Source: Alphaproteobacteria bacterium (GTDB taxonomy: Bacteria; Pseudomonadota; Alphaproteobacteria; SHVV01). Taken from it: a stretch of 64,000 bases of DNA. Below are positions 9,586-20,659 of the stretch, piece after piece. The notes under the pieces are model-generated. The model made no database searches. It had not been told where the DNA came from and saw only the letters and a list, made by a program, of their open reading frames with translations. The position numbers and the translations under genes are program-made. The stretch is from positions 3,040,001 to 3,104,000 of the forward strand of contig OZ253470.1 of NCBI GenBank assembly GCA_965261735.1, written 5' to 3'. The first letter of the stretch is position 1, and each line of letters starts with the position of its first letter.

Positions 9586-10812
9586 ATGAAGCGTAGCCCT
9601 CGCTTCCGAGTCTACTTTGGGCTCGGTGTCGCGATCCTTTTCTTCCTCGGCAGCCTGTCGTGGAGCTTCTACCGGCTGACGGTTCAGCAGGAGATCATCC
9701 ACTCAGGCGAATCGACCGGGAGTTGGGCCGCGGTCCAGGCCCATACCGAGTATCTGCGTCTTCTCAACAGCCTCGATCGTTATGGGGCGGGCTTGCCCGG
9801 TATCGATCGCGCCGAGCTTTTACTGCGCTTCGATATCATGTGGTCCCGTATGCCGGTCTTACTCATTGGCGCCGAGGCCGAGCAGGTGCGGCTCATCGAA
9901 GGCGCACCACAGGCGCTACGGGAGATGCGTGCGGCCCGCCGCGCCGACGGCACGATCTTTCCTATCGAGCTCGCGGTGAGCGAGGTCGAGGAAGGTGGCC
10001 GGCGCACCTTTACCGGTATCATCCGCGATATCACCCAGCGCAAACGCGCCGAGAGCGCCATCACCGCCGCTCGTCGCGCCGAGCTCGACAGCCGCGCCAA
10101 GTCCGACGTTCTCGCCAATGTCAGCCACGAGCTGCGAACCCCGCTTAACGCCATCATCGGCTTTTCCGACGTGTTGAGCCGCGGCTACTCGGGGCCGCTG
10201 TCGGCCAAGCAGGCGGAATATGTGGGCGATATTCGCACCTCGGGCGCTCACTTGCTCGGGTTGATCAATGACATACTCGATGTGTCGAAAATCGAAGCGG
10301 GGAAGGTGGAGCTCTTCGAACAGGACCTGAGCCTGGAGCGGACCATCCGGGCCGCAGCGCGTATGGTCCAGGAGCGTGCCGGCACCGCCCAGGTCAAGCT
10401 CTGTCTCAATGTCGACGCCAACCTTCCTGCGTTGCGCGCCGACGAGCGCATGGGCAAACGAATCCTTCTAAACTTGCTCTCCAACGCCGTGAAATTCACG
10501 CCCGAGGGCGGCCGTATCACGGTTGATTCCTGCCTCGACGCCGACGGCGACCTCATCATGCGCGTGATCGATACGGGTATCGGGATCGCCGACAAAGACC
10601 TCAAGGTCGTCATGGTTCCGTTCGGGCAGGTCGACAGCAACCTGAACCGCAGATACGACGGCACCGGCCTTGGGCTTCCACTAGTGCGTTCCATGGCCGA
10701 GCTCCACGGCGGCACCCTGGCGCTAGCGAGCAAGCCCGGCGAAGGCACGACGGCGACGGTGCGGTTCCCGGCGTCACGCGTCGTCGCGACCCCGGCTCGG
10801 GCCGCGAGCTAG
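9586..10812 (+). CDS. PleC/DivJ-like sensor histidine kinase, probably internally deleted
   Basis: N-terminal TM, PAC remnant, H-box [20 protein letters not shown]-box NLLSNAVKFT, G-boxes DTGIG and GTGLGL. Confidence 0.8.
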   Translation: MKRSPRFRVYFGLGVAILFFLGSLSWSFYRLTVQQEIIHSGESTGSWAAVQAHTEYLRLLNSLDRYGAGLPGIDRAELLLRFDIMWSRMPVLLIGAEAEQVRLIEGAPQALREMRAARRADGTIFPIELAVSEVEEGGRRTFTGIIRDITQRKRAESAITAARRAELDSRAKSDVLANVSHELRTPLNAIIGFSDVLSRGYSGPLSAKQAEYVGDIRTSGAHLLGLINDILDVSKIEAGKVELFEQDLSLERTIRAAARMVQERAGTAQVKLCLNVDANLPALRADERMGKRILLNLLSNAVKFTPEGGRITVDSCLDADGDLIMRVIDTGIGIADKDLKVVMVPFGQVDSNLNRRYDGTGLGLPLVRSMAELHGGTLALASKPGEGTTATVRFPASRVVATPARAAS

Positions 10813-10835
10813 CAGCCGCAAAACCCAACGCTGCT

Positions 10836-13800
10836 ATGACGGACATCGTAGTCGAAAGCGTTCGCGCCGCCATTGTCCTCGCGACCATTGTGTTGCTGTG
10901 GCGTAGCTGCCAAAACCGGTTTGCGCGTGCGCGCGAGGGCTGGAACCTTATTCTTGCTGGTTTCGCGCTTCTGCTCTTTGGTAGCGTCTCTTTGGTAGCG
11001 TCGTCGACATCACCGACAATTTCGACGCGCTCAACCGGTTCGTCATCGTCGGCGATACCGAGATTCAGGCTCTGCTCGAGAAGTTCGTCGGCTATACGGG
11101 CGGGTTTCTCGTACTCGCGCTGGGTCTCGTTCGATGGGTGCCGGGGGCACAGCGGATTTCCGATAAAATGGCCCGGCACGAGCGCACCGGGGAGGCGCTG
11201 CGCTAAAGTGAGGAGCGCTACCGGATCCTCGTCGAGACCGCGCCGTACGGGATTTCGGAATGTGATGCCGACGGCATCCTGGTTTACTGCAATGCGGCGC
11301 GCCGCGAGATGACGGGCCACGACGAAAGCGAGCTCGTCGGCAGGCCGGTGTGGGATTTTGCCGCGTCGCAGCGCGCAAGAGCGGAGTTCAAGGCGGAGTT
11401 CTCCAGATACGTCGCCGAACAGCCCTCTCCGGTCCCGCGCATCGCGAAATACCAGACCAAGGACGGCCGCTCGATCGATGTTCAGATGGACTGGATATAC
11501 AAGCGTGACGGGGCGGGCTTCGTCACAGGCTTCGTTTCGATCGTCACCGATATTACGGAGCGCACACGGGCCCAGGGGGCGCTGCGCGAACGCGAGGAGC
11601 GCTACCGGAGCCTCTACAACGACACGCCAGCCCTTATGCATTCCATCGACCGTGACATGCGCGTAGTCAATGTCAGCGACTATTGGCTCACATTCTTTGG
11701 TTATCAACGGAGCGAGGTCCTCGGCCGGGGGATCACGGATTTCATTGCTGATACGCCGGGTCAGGCGCCATTCTCGGAGGCCTGGAAGGACTTCCTGACT
11801 CAGGGCGCCGCCCACAATGTCCATCGCCGATATGTCAACAAAAGCGGTGAGATCATCGACGTGCTGGTGTCAGCTACCACCGAGTGCGATGAGGCGGGCG
11901 AGGTGACTCTCTCGCACTCGGTCCTGCTCGACGTCACCGAGCGCTTCCACGCCGAAAGTGCGTTGCGCGCGAGCGAGGAGCGCTTCCGGCACCTCTACAA
12001 CGACACGCCAGCTCTCATGTACTCGCTCGATCGCGAGATGCGCTTCGCCAATGTCAGCGACCACTGGCTGCGCGTCATGGGCTATGAGCGGGGCGACGTG
12101 ATTGGCCACCCGTTTACCGATTTCCTCACCGAATCGTCGCGCAACCTCGCCCTGGCCCACTTTCCACACTACCTGAAGTCCGGAATCTTGAGCGAAGTCC
12201 CGCGCCAGATCGTCAAGAAGAGCGGCGAGGTCATGGACGTGCTCATCTCCGCCACGGCGCATCTCGCGATAATGGTCGACGTAACCGCACGCGAAAAGGC
12301 GGAGGAGGCGCTGCGCGAAAGTGAAGGGCGCTTCCGCCGCCTCTACAATGATACGCCGGCTCTCATGTACTCGCTCGATCGCGAGATGCGTTTCGTCAAC
12401 GTCAGCGACTACTGGCTCGGCGTTATGGGCTATGAGCGGAGCGAGGTGATCGGCCGCCACTTCGCGGATTTTCTCACCGAGGATTCGCGGGAGCGTCTGC
12501 ACGAGGACTTTCCGTCCCACCTCGAAAGGGCGAGAAATGTCCCGCGGCAGCTCAGGAAAAAGAGATCGTGGATGTGCTGGTTTCAGCCGTCACCGACCGC
12601 GACAAAACCGGAGAAATCAAGCGTTCGATGTCGATCATGGTAGACGTCACCGAGCGCAAACGGGCGGAGGAGGCGCTGCGCGCCGGCGAGGAGCGCTATC
12701 GTAGTCTCTACAACGACACGCCGGCTCTCATGCATTCTTTCGACGGCGACATGCGCTTCATCAGCGTCAGCGACTACTGGCTGAGGGTCTTCGGCTACGA
12801 GAGGAGCGAGGTGATCGGGCGGCCGCTCACCGATTTCGTCACCGAGGCTTCACGACAGCTGATAGCAGAGGAAATTCCTTACTTTTTAAGCACAAGCGTC
12901 GTCAATGCTGCCCCGCGCCAGTTCGTGAAAAAGAACGGCGAGATCATGGACGTTCAGGTCTTGCCTATCCGGTTTACACCCACACCCACTAGGGCTAGAG
13001 TGGGCGCAAACCGGATATAGGGGAGCGCGCCATGGATGTTCTCGACCGCGCCGATCTCCCATTCCCGCATTCGCTACCCGAGTTCCAGCGACTTTTCCCC
13101 GATGATGCGGCCTGCGCCGCCTACCTGGAGAAAGCCCGCTGGGGAGACGGCCTTTCAAATTCTCCACAAGCTCCGCTCGGGCATGGTGCGGCCCAACCAA
13201 GACAGGATCGGTGGACAGCCCAAGAACCATGTTGAGGTGGACGAAACCTGGGTTGGCGGGCGAACGCGTGGGGAAGGCCGTGGTGTTCACCACAAGGTTC
13301 CCGTCTCCTGTGCCATCGAGGTGCGTCATCGAAAGCCGGGCACCAAGCTCGACAACCGGAAAGACGGACGCTATGCCGGACGCGTTCGGCTCGCCGTCGT
13401 GCTCGACCGTAGCGCCGAGTCGCTCTGTGGGTTCGTCGAGAGCACCGTCGCGCCGCGATCGCTGATCGTTACTGACGATTGGAGCGGCTATGCTGGCCTC
13501 GGTAAGCGCGGCTATGAGCACTTCGCTGTTGCCGAGTGTGGTGATCCAGAGGTTGCCGAGCAATACCTGCCGATCATCCATCTGGTTTTCGCCAACCTGA
13601 AGACGTGGCTGATCGGTATCCACCACGGCGTTAGCCACCAGCACCTACAAGCCTACCTCAACGAGTTCACCTTCCGCTTCAACAGGCGGTTCTACCCGTT
13701 CAACGCCTTCCGCTCATTGCTCGGCATCGCGGGCGACACCTCTGCTCCAACCTATGCCGAGCTTTACTCGGGAGAGTGGCGGCACCCTACATGTAGCGGT

Positions 13801-15035
13801 CATGGGCGTTAACCGGATAGGCAAGGTTCTGGTTTCGGTCATGACCGACCGCGGCGAGACCGACGACATCAAACTGGGCCGGGCGGTCCTGGTCGACATC
13901 ACCCAGCGCAAACGAGCGGAAGAGGCCTTACGCGAAAGCCAGGCGCTGCTCGCGAGCGTCGTCGGCAACGCGCCTATCGTCCTGTGGGCCGTGGATATCG
14001 AAGGCACTTTCACGTTGTCCGAAGGACGAGGCCTCGAGCGCATCGGCCAGAAACCAGGGCAGGTCGTCGGCCGGTCCATCTTCATGATCTATAGCGACTG
14101 CCCCGAGGGCCTCAGGTTCGTGCGCCGGGCGTTCGCCGGTCACGAGTCGGACGGCCAGCTCGAAATGCGTGGCGTCGTGTTCGATGCCCAGTGTCGTCCC
14201 CTGCGTGACGCGGCCGGCAAGGTCGTCGGCGCCACAGGTGTTGGCGTCGACGTAACGGAGCGGCGGCGCGCCGAGGAGGCTCTAAGGGTCGCCAAGGAGC
14301 AGGCCGAACTCGCCAATCGCGCCAAGTCGGATTTCCTCGCCAACGTCAGCCATGAACTGCGCACGCCGCTCAACGCCGTTATCGGCTTCTCCGACATGAT
14401 GGCGGCCGGGTATCCGGGACCACTGAACACCAAGCAGGCGGAATATATCCGCGATATCAAGGGCTCGGGTGCACACCTTCGAGCTGATCAACGACATTCT
14501 CGATCTGTCCAAGATCGAAGCAGGCAAAACGCGGCTCTATGAGGAGCACCTCGACGCGGAGCGCCTCTGCCGCGCCGCGTTTCGCGTCATCAAGCCGCGC
14601 GCGGAAGCCGCGCAGCTCGACCTCGTCATGGAAGTAGCGCCGGGTACGCCGGCGCTGCGCGGCGATGAGCGCATGGTGAAGCAGATCTTGCTCAACCTGC
14701 TGTCGAACGCGGTGAAGTTCACGCCCAGGGGCGGCACCGTGGCGCTCACAGCCAGGGTGGAGGAGGACGGTTGCTTCCATTTAAGCGTGAACGACACCGG
14801 CATCGGCATCGCCGAGCACGAGCGAGCCACGGCCTTCGCTCCCTTCGGGCAGGCCGACAGCCGCTTGAGCCGCCAGTACGCCGGCACCGGCCTCGGTTTG
14901 CCCCTGGTGCGATCGATGGCTGACTTGCATGGCACGGAGGTCATACTCGATAGCCGCCCCGGGGCAGGCACGACGGTGTCCATCCGCTTTCCCGCCGAAC
15001 GGGTCGTTTCGCCGCAGGCGCAGGCCGTCAGCTAG
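10836..15035 (+). pseudogene. Multi-PAS (about 6 PAS) PleC/DivJ-like histidine kinase, disrupted
   Basis: TM region, in-frame TAA near 11204, frameshifts near 11000, 12565 and 14480, IS insertion 12960-13825; H-box and HATPase intact in separate frames. Confidence 0.88.
12960..13825 (+). mobile_element. IS1595-family element A, copy 3, with 239-bp internal deletion
   Basis: Same IRs; flanks GTTCAGGT / GTTCTGGT (8-bp TSD, one mismatch); 866 bp versus 1105 bp for the intact copy. Confidence 0.92.
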
Positions 15036-15136
15036 CCCGGTCGAGGTCTCGCCCAAAACCCGATCTTCACTTTCCGACCCTCGCGGACTATGGTCGCGCC
15101 GCCCTCCAACGCCCAAACGAAAAGGTGGCTCGCACA

Positions 15137-15346
15137 ATGGCTGGTGAGAAGGTCGACGCTACTTTCGCCGTCAATCCCGACATGGTGGAATTGCTGGAGA
15201 AAGCCGGGGCTGAGTATGGCATTCCCGACACCTCGAAGGTCCTACGAGTCATCCTCGACTACGTCGCCGCCGATGGGGACTGGGACCAGATATTCGGCAA
15301 GATCCGGTGCAAGCGCTGCATGGGCGGCCCTTTAGGCCGGCTGTAG
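15137..15346 (+). CDS. Small hypothetical protein (RHH-like layout, C-terminal CxxC)
   Basis: 69-aa ORF with upstream AAGGTGG; beta-helix-helix pattern then RCKRC. Confidence 0.6.
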   Translation: MAGEKVDATFAVNPDMVELLEKAGAEYGIPDTSKVLRVILDYVAADGDWDQIFGKIRCKRCMGGPLGRL

Positions 15347-15375
15347 GGGACGCCGGCGCGGCCGCCGCCGGGGGC

Positions 15376-16602
15376 TTACACCACGCCCTTGTCGGAGAGC
15401 ACCTTCAGCGCCTCCGCGTCTAACCCCAAGAGATCGCCGTAAACCTCGCCGTTGTGGTGGCCGAGTGGCGGTCCGAGCGAGCTTGCGGCACCCGGCGTTC
15501 GGCTTAGACGTGGCACCACGTTTGGAATCCGAACCGCACCGGCACGCGGGTCCGTGAGCGTGGCGATGTTGCCGCGCGCCGCGTACTGCGGATCGTCGAA
15601 GATCTCGTCGATCCCGTAGACCGGTCCGCAAGGCACCTGTTGTTCGACGCATAGGGCGAGGAGTTCGTCGCGGCTGAAACGGCGCGTCCATGCCTCGACC
15701 ATGGCATCGACCTCGGCCCGAGCCGCTTCGCGCTGGGCAATGGTGCCATATTCGCCATCGCCCGCGACCTCGGTGCGCCCCATCGCCGCCGCTAGGCGCG
15801 CGAATATCTTGTCGCTCGTGCACGCGATCGCCACCCAGCGCTCGTCGCGCGTTGGGTAGTGGCTGTGGGGCACCGCGTTGACGGTCCCCGGTCCGAGGCG
15901 TTGGCGGACGAAGCCGCTCGCGTCATACGCCGGTGCGAGCTCGTCGAGGATGCGAAAGACGGGTTCGTACAGCCCGATGTCGATGACCTGCCCTTCGCCG
16001 GTCAGGTCGCGCGCGCGCAGCGCGAACATGGCACCGAGCGCGCCGTAGATCCCGGCCAGATAATCGGGAATGGTCGCGGATCCCGGGGTCACCGGCGCGC
16101 GGTCGGGATAACCGGCGAGGAAGGAGAGCCCGCCGAAGGCATTGGCGATGCGGCCGAAGCCGGGGCGGTCGCGGTAGGGCCCGGTCTGACCGTAGGCCGA
16201 AATGCGCACCATGATCAGGCGCTCGTTGTGGCGCATGAGCTCCTCATAGGCGAGGCCCCAGCCCTCGAGCGTGCCGGGCTGAAAGTTCTCGACCAGAATG
16301 TCGCACTTCGCGACGAGCCGCTTGAGCAGTTCCGCACCCTCCGGTTTGCGCAGGTCGAGCGTAATCGACTTTTTATTACGGGATTCGCTGAGCCACACGA
16401 GCGTATCGCCGGCGGCCGTCGGCGAGCCGAACCTACGCAACGGATCGCCCGTTCCCGGCAGTTCCACCTTGATGACCTCGGCCCCGAATTCGCCGAGCTG
16501 CGTGCTGCAAAAAGGGCCGGCGAGAAACGTCGCGATATCGAGTACGCGGATGCCCGTCAGCGGTTGGACACTGGGCGCAGCGGGCGAAGCGTCCTCAGCC
16601 AT
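15376..16602 (-). CDS. CaiB/BaiF class III CoA-transferase
   Basis: GAEVIKVE, RNKKSITLDL, DILVENFQPG and ISAYGQTGP motifs. Confidence 0.92.
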   Translation of the reverse strand: MAEDASPAAPSVQPLTGIRVLDIATFLAGPFCSTQLGEFGAEVIKVELPGTGDPLRRFGSPTAAGDTLVWLSESRNKKSITLDLRKPEGAELLKRLVAKCDILVENFQPGTLEGWGLAYEELMRHNERLIMVRISAYGQTGPYRDRPGFGRIANAFGGLSFLAGYPDRAPVTPGSATIPDYLAGIYGALGAMFALRARDLTGEGQVIDIGLYEPVFRILDELAPAYDASGFVRQRLGPGTVNAVPHSHYPTRDERWVAIACTSDKIFARLAAAMGRTEVAGDGEYGTIAQREAARAEVDAMVEAWTRRFSRDELLALCVEQQVPCGPVYGIDEIFDDPQYAARGNIATLTDPRAGAVRIPNVVPRLSRTPGAASSLGPPLGHHNGEVYGDLLGLDAEALKVLSDKGVV

Positions 16603-17498
16603 TATTGTCCTCGCTCGTTCGATCGGGTGAGTACGCCTGCGCGCCGCGCCGCGGCCACGATGCGCTCGGCCATGCGCATGGTGTCGATGGCGATGAAGGC
16701 GCCGTCGACGACGGCGACCCCCTCGCCGCGCGCGCGCGCATCGCGGTAGGCCTCGACGATTGCCGCGGCCCGCGCGGTGTCCTGCGGCGTTGGCGTGAAG
16801 ACCTCGTTCACCGGGCCGATCTGGTTGGGATGGAACACGAGCTTGCCCGAAAATCCCAGGTCGCACGCGATCAGCGCATCTTGTCGCGCCGCCTCGGCGT
16901 CCTTTACGTCGACAAAATAGGCGGCGTCGATGGCCGCGTGGCCGGCCGAGCCAGCGGCCGCCGCGATCAGGGCCCGCGGCACGCCGAGGGTGTCCGGCGT
17001 GATGCGCGCGCCGGTCTCGGCGGCGTAGTCTCCGGAGCCAAAGAACAACGCCTCGGTGCGCTGCGATGCCTGGGCGATGTCGCGGCAGCGGAACAGGCCG
17101 TCAGCAGTCTCAATAGTGAGTATGAGGGCCACCGGCGCGCACCCGGCCATCGCCTCGTAGCCCTTGAGCACGCGCTCCAAGGCGCCGACCTCGCCGGCGC
17201 TTTCGACCTTAGGCACCATCAGCGCGTCCACGAGCGCCAGCGGCAGCGCCCGTATGTCCTCGATCGCGGCGGCGGTGCGCGCGGCATTGATGCGTACCAC
17301 CCGCTCGCGCTCCCCAAAGTCGAGCGATCGTAGCGCATCGGAGGCGGCCTGCCGCGCCGTCGGTTTTTGATCCGCCGGCACGCCATCCTCGAGATCGAAG
17401 ACAACGCTGTCCGCCGCAAGGCCGACCGCCTTCGCCATCCGCGCGGGCTGGTGGCCGGGGGTGATCAGCATGGTGCGGCGGGCGCGGCCCTCAGCCAT
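16602..17498 (-). CDS. CitE/HpcH family CoA-ester lyase
   Basis: FDLEDGV, VVRIN, MVPKVES, IETA, GSGDY, GKLVFHPNQI and C-terminal GAFIAID. Confidence 0.88.
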   Translation of the reverse strand: MAEGRARRTMLITPGHQPARMAKAVGLAADSVVFDLEDGVPADQKPTARQAASDALRSLDFGERERVVRINAARTAAAIEDIRALPLALVDALMVPKVESAGEVGALERVLKGYEAMAGCAPVALILTIETADGLFRCRDIAQASQRTEALFFGSGDYAAETGARITPDTLGVPRALIAAAAGSAGHAAIDAAYFVDVKDAEAARQDALIACDLGFSGKLVFHPNQIGPVNEVFTPTPQDTARAAAIVEAYRDARARGEGVAVVDGAFIAIDTMRMAERIVAAARRAGVLTRSNERGQ

Positions 17499-18336
17499 GT
17501 TCGCGCGCCTCGCGCTCAGCGATACCGTCGGACAGCGCGCCGATGAACTCGGCCTTCGCCGCCATCGTTCCGCCTGTGCCCGCGCCGAGCAGATGCCGAC
17601 AATGGGCGACCTCATCGGCGTCCGGCGCAAAGACGCGGTTGGCGATCTCGACCTGGGCCCGATCGCGGCACACCTTGCCCAGGAAGCCGAGCCCCCGGGC
17701 GAAGTGGCATTCGCGCTCGAAGGCCTCGCCGCCCCCGCCGCCGCCGAGCAGCGGCCCGTCGAGCGCTCCCGCGAGGCCCGCCGCGCGGACCGCAAAGCCC
17801 ACTCGTGCGCGCGCAAATCCGAGGTCGGCGCGCACCCCCTCGCGGCGAACGGCGAGGGGATCAAGATCGATGCCGAGATCGCCGACACCGATCGCGAGAG
17901 ACAGATTGCGCGGCGACCCCCCGGCGATGGACTCGGCCGCGAGAACGCCGCCGCAGGTCTCGATGACGGGGATTATTCGAATGTCGCCGGCGGCCACGCC
18001 CCCGCGACTCTCGGCGGCCGCGATCAACCATTCGAGGGCCACCACATCCTCGGCGTCGCGCGCCTTCGGCAACAGGACGGCGGCGAGGCCCGGTCGTGCG
18101 ACGGCTTCGATGTCTCCCGCGGTGAGCGGCGTTTCGAAGCCGTTGACGCGGACCGCGACAAAGCGCCCCGCGCGCTCCGCCAGTGCGGCGCGTACCCGCT
18201 CGCGGGCCGCGGCCTTATCGGCCTCGGGAACGAAGTCCTCGAGGTCGAGGACAATGACGTCGGCGCCCGTCGCCTCCGCCTCGTGCCACGCCCGCGCATC
18301 ATGGCCGGGTACGAAGAGGACAGAACGCAACGGCAC
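17491..18336 (-). CDS. Second CitE-like protein with degenerate C-terminus
   Basis: RSVLFVPG, LDLEDFV, VRVNG, LLPK, IETC and GVGDL motifs; start codon uncertain (GTG chosen). Confidence 0.75.
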   Translation of the reverse strand: MPLRSVLFVPGHDARAWHEAEATGADVIVLDLEDFVPEADKAAARERVRAALAERAGRFVAVRVNGFETPLTAGDIEAVARPGLAAVLLPKARDAEDVVALEWLIAAAESRGGVAAGDIRIIPVIETCGGVLAAESIAGGSPRNLSLAIGVGDLGIDLDPLAVRREGVRADLGFARARVGFAVRAAGLAGALDGPLLGGGGGGEAFERECHFARGLGFLGKVCRDRAQVEIANRVFAPDADEVAHCRHLLGAGTGGTMAAKAEFIGALSDGIAEREAREHG

Positions 18337-18506
18337 CGCGCTCGGCCGCGCGCGTGCGTCCTCTTGTTCGTCGACGGCTTTCAAGCCGTCATAGTGCGCG
18401 TAGGTGCAAACCGAGGCAAGGCGGGCGGCGCGTAAGGGGTTATTCTCGCCGGTGCGTTGCGCTAGAGTTGGGTGACACGCGCAGCGAGCGAAGCGGAGGA
18501 CGGGGC

Positions 18507-19865
18507 ATGGCCAAGCACATCCGTTGTGGCAAACTTTTTGACGGTCTCGATGACAAGGTCCGCAAGGATCAGACGGTTGTCGTCGATAACGGGCGGATCA
18601 GTTTTGTCGGCGCTTCCGCCGAGGCACCGGCGCCGGCGGGCGGTGACGAAGTGCTCGACCATTCGCAGAGCTTCGTGATGCCCGGCTTGATCGATGTCCA
18701 CGTCCATCTCAGCTACGGTAACGCCATCGGTAACGAGGACACCGACCTCTACGGGCCGGCGGAGTTTCGTGCGCTGCGCGCGCTGATCGGCGCGCAGAAG
18801 GTGCTGCGCGCGGGCTACACCGCGCTCGCCGATCCCACGTCGTCGGGGCGCTGCACCCTATCGGTGCGCGACGCCATCGAGGCCGGCCTATTCCCCGGAC
18901 CGCGCATCACCACCGCGGGGCGCCAGATTACCTCGCGCCAGGGACTTGCCGACTTCTACCCGACCTGGTTCGGCGTGCCCGAGAGCTCGGTCGGCGTGCT
19001 CGGGCGCAACGCGCGCGAGGCGATCGAGGAGATTCGCCGCGAGGTCAAAGACGGGGTCGATCTCATCAAGCTGGCGATGGACGGCACCGCGGTCCACGGC
19101 CAGACCGGCGAACTCGTGGCGAGCTACAGCCAGGAGGAAGTGACCGCGATCGTCGCCGAGGCGCACCGGCTCGGCAAGAAGGTGGTGACGCATTCGCGCG
19201 GCCGTGAGGCCACGCTCTACTCGGCGCGCGCCGGAGTCGATTTGATTCTGCACGCCTACGGCATGGACGAGGAGTGTCTCGACGCGATCCTCGAGAGCGG
19301 CGCCGCCGTCGGGCCGACCTTATGCCTGATGGTCAACGGCTTCGAATTCCCCCAACCGATGGAGCGTGCCTATGTGGTTCGGGCCGATCAGAGCCGGGCG
19401 TTCTTCGAATCGGCTTGCCGCAATCTGGAGCGTGCACACAAGGCCGGGGTTCCGTTCATGGCCGGGACCGACTCGGGCTTCGCGGTCACGCCCTACGGCG
19501 AGTGGCACGCCAAGGAACTCGAGATCTTCGTCAAGCATCTCGGCTTCTCACCTGCCGAGGCGCTGCATTCGACGACCGCGGTCAACGCGACCCTGCTGCG
19601 CGATTCCGAGGTCGGCGCGCTGGAAGTCGGGCGTCACGCCGACATACTGGCGTTCGACGGCGACCCGCTGGCCGACATCACGCAACTGCAGGACAAGTCT
19701 CGGATCAAGGAGATTTTCCTCGGCGGCGAGACGGTGGACGTACCTGACGTGGAGTGGGATCCATGGAAGGTGGGCCGGTTCTCCTACGCCATGTGGTCCG
19801 ACATCTACACCCAGGATCGGGTTACCAAGCTCGACAACGTGATCCGCAGCATCGCCGCCGAATAG
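18507..19865 (+). CDS. Metal-dependent amidohydrolase (prolidase/ochratoxinase-like), paralogue 1
   Basis: MPGLIDVHVH, DLIKLAMDG, VVTHSRG, ILHA and GTDSG motifs. Confidence 0.9.
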   Translation: MAKHIRCGKLFDGLDDKVRKDQTVVVDNGRISFVGASAEAPAPAGGDEVLDHSQSFVMPGLIDVHVHLSYGNAIGNEDTDLYGPAEFRALRALIGAQKVLRAGYTALADPTSSGRCTLSVRDAIEAGLFPGPRITTAGRQITSRQGLADFYPTWFGVPESSVGVLGRNAREAIEEIRREVKDGVDLIKLAMDGTAVHGQTGELVASYSQEEVTAIVAEAHRLGKKVVTHSRGREATLYSARAGVDLILHAYGMDEECLDAILESGAAVGPTLCLMVNGFEFPQPMERAYVVRADQSRAFFESACRNLERAHKAGVPFMAGTDSGFAVTPYGEWHAKELEIFVKHLGFSPAEALHSTTAVNATLLRDSEVGALEVGRHADILAFDGDPLADITQLQDKSRIKEIFLGGETVDVPDVEWDPWKVGRFSYAMWSDIYTQDRVTKLDNVIRSIAAE

Positions 19866-19872
19866 CGGCGGC

Positions 19873-20631
19873 TCACAGCAGGACGGTGCCGCCGTCGACG
19901 GCGATGGTTTGGCCGGTGACGAAGCGGCTGTCGTCGCCGGCGAGGTAGAGCACGGTCCCCGTCAGGTCCTCGGTCTCCAGCGTCTTGCCGAGGGCCTGGT
20001 TTGCGCGAATCGTTTCCGCCGCGACCTCCAGCTTATCGCCCCAGAACTCGTTGGTACCCTCGGTCAACACGAGGTTCGGCGCCACCGCGTTGACCCGAAT
20101 GCCGTCGCGGCCGACCTCGCGGGCCAGGCCTCGCGTCAGTCCGATCACCGCGCCCTTCGAGGTCGTGTAGTGAAGCCCATAGGGCATGCCGTAGAGGGCC
20201 GCGACCGAGCTTATGTTGATGATGCTGCCGCCCCCGCCGGCGCGCATGTGCGGCACCACGGCCTTGCAGCAGTTCCAGATGCCCTTGACGTTGACCGCCA
20301 TGCAGGAATCCCATTCGGCTTCGTCGAGCTGATCGAAGCGGCCGCCGTGGAGGGCGCCGTAGAGTGCGGCGTTGTTGATGAGGACATCGATGCGGCCGAA
20401 CGCCTCGACCGTGCGCGCGGCCAACGCCTCGGCGCTATCGCCGCGCGTGACGTCGACCTCGTCCGCCAGCGCGCGGCCGCCACGTTGGTCGACGATGGCG
20501 GCGGTGTCGGCGCAATCGTTGATGTCCGCACAGACGACGGCGGCCCCGGCCGCGGCCAGCTCCACGGCGTAGGCGCGGCCGAGGCCGCGCGCCGCACCGG
20601 TAACGATGGCGACCTTTTCACTCAGGCTCAT
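19873..20631 (-). CDS. SDR family oxidoreductase
   Basis: TGAARGLG, NNA, YTTSK and VTGQTIAVDGG motifs. Confidence 0.92.
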   Translation of the reverse strand: MSLSEKVAIVTGAARGLGRAYAVELAAAGAAVVCADINDCADTAAIVDQRGGRALADEVDVTRGDSAEALAARTVEAFGRIDVLINNAALYGALHGGRFDQLDEAEWDSCMAVNVKGIWNCCKAVVPHMRAGGGGSIINISSVAALYGMPYGLHYTTSKGAVIGLTRGLAREVGRDGIRVNAVAPNLVLTEGTNEFWGDKLEVAAETIRANQALGKTLETEDLTGTVLYLAGDDSRFVTGQTIAVDGGTVLL

Positions 20632-20659
20632 TTCCCTTCCCCCGTCCTTCGTTAGCCGC

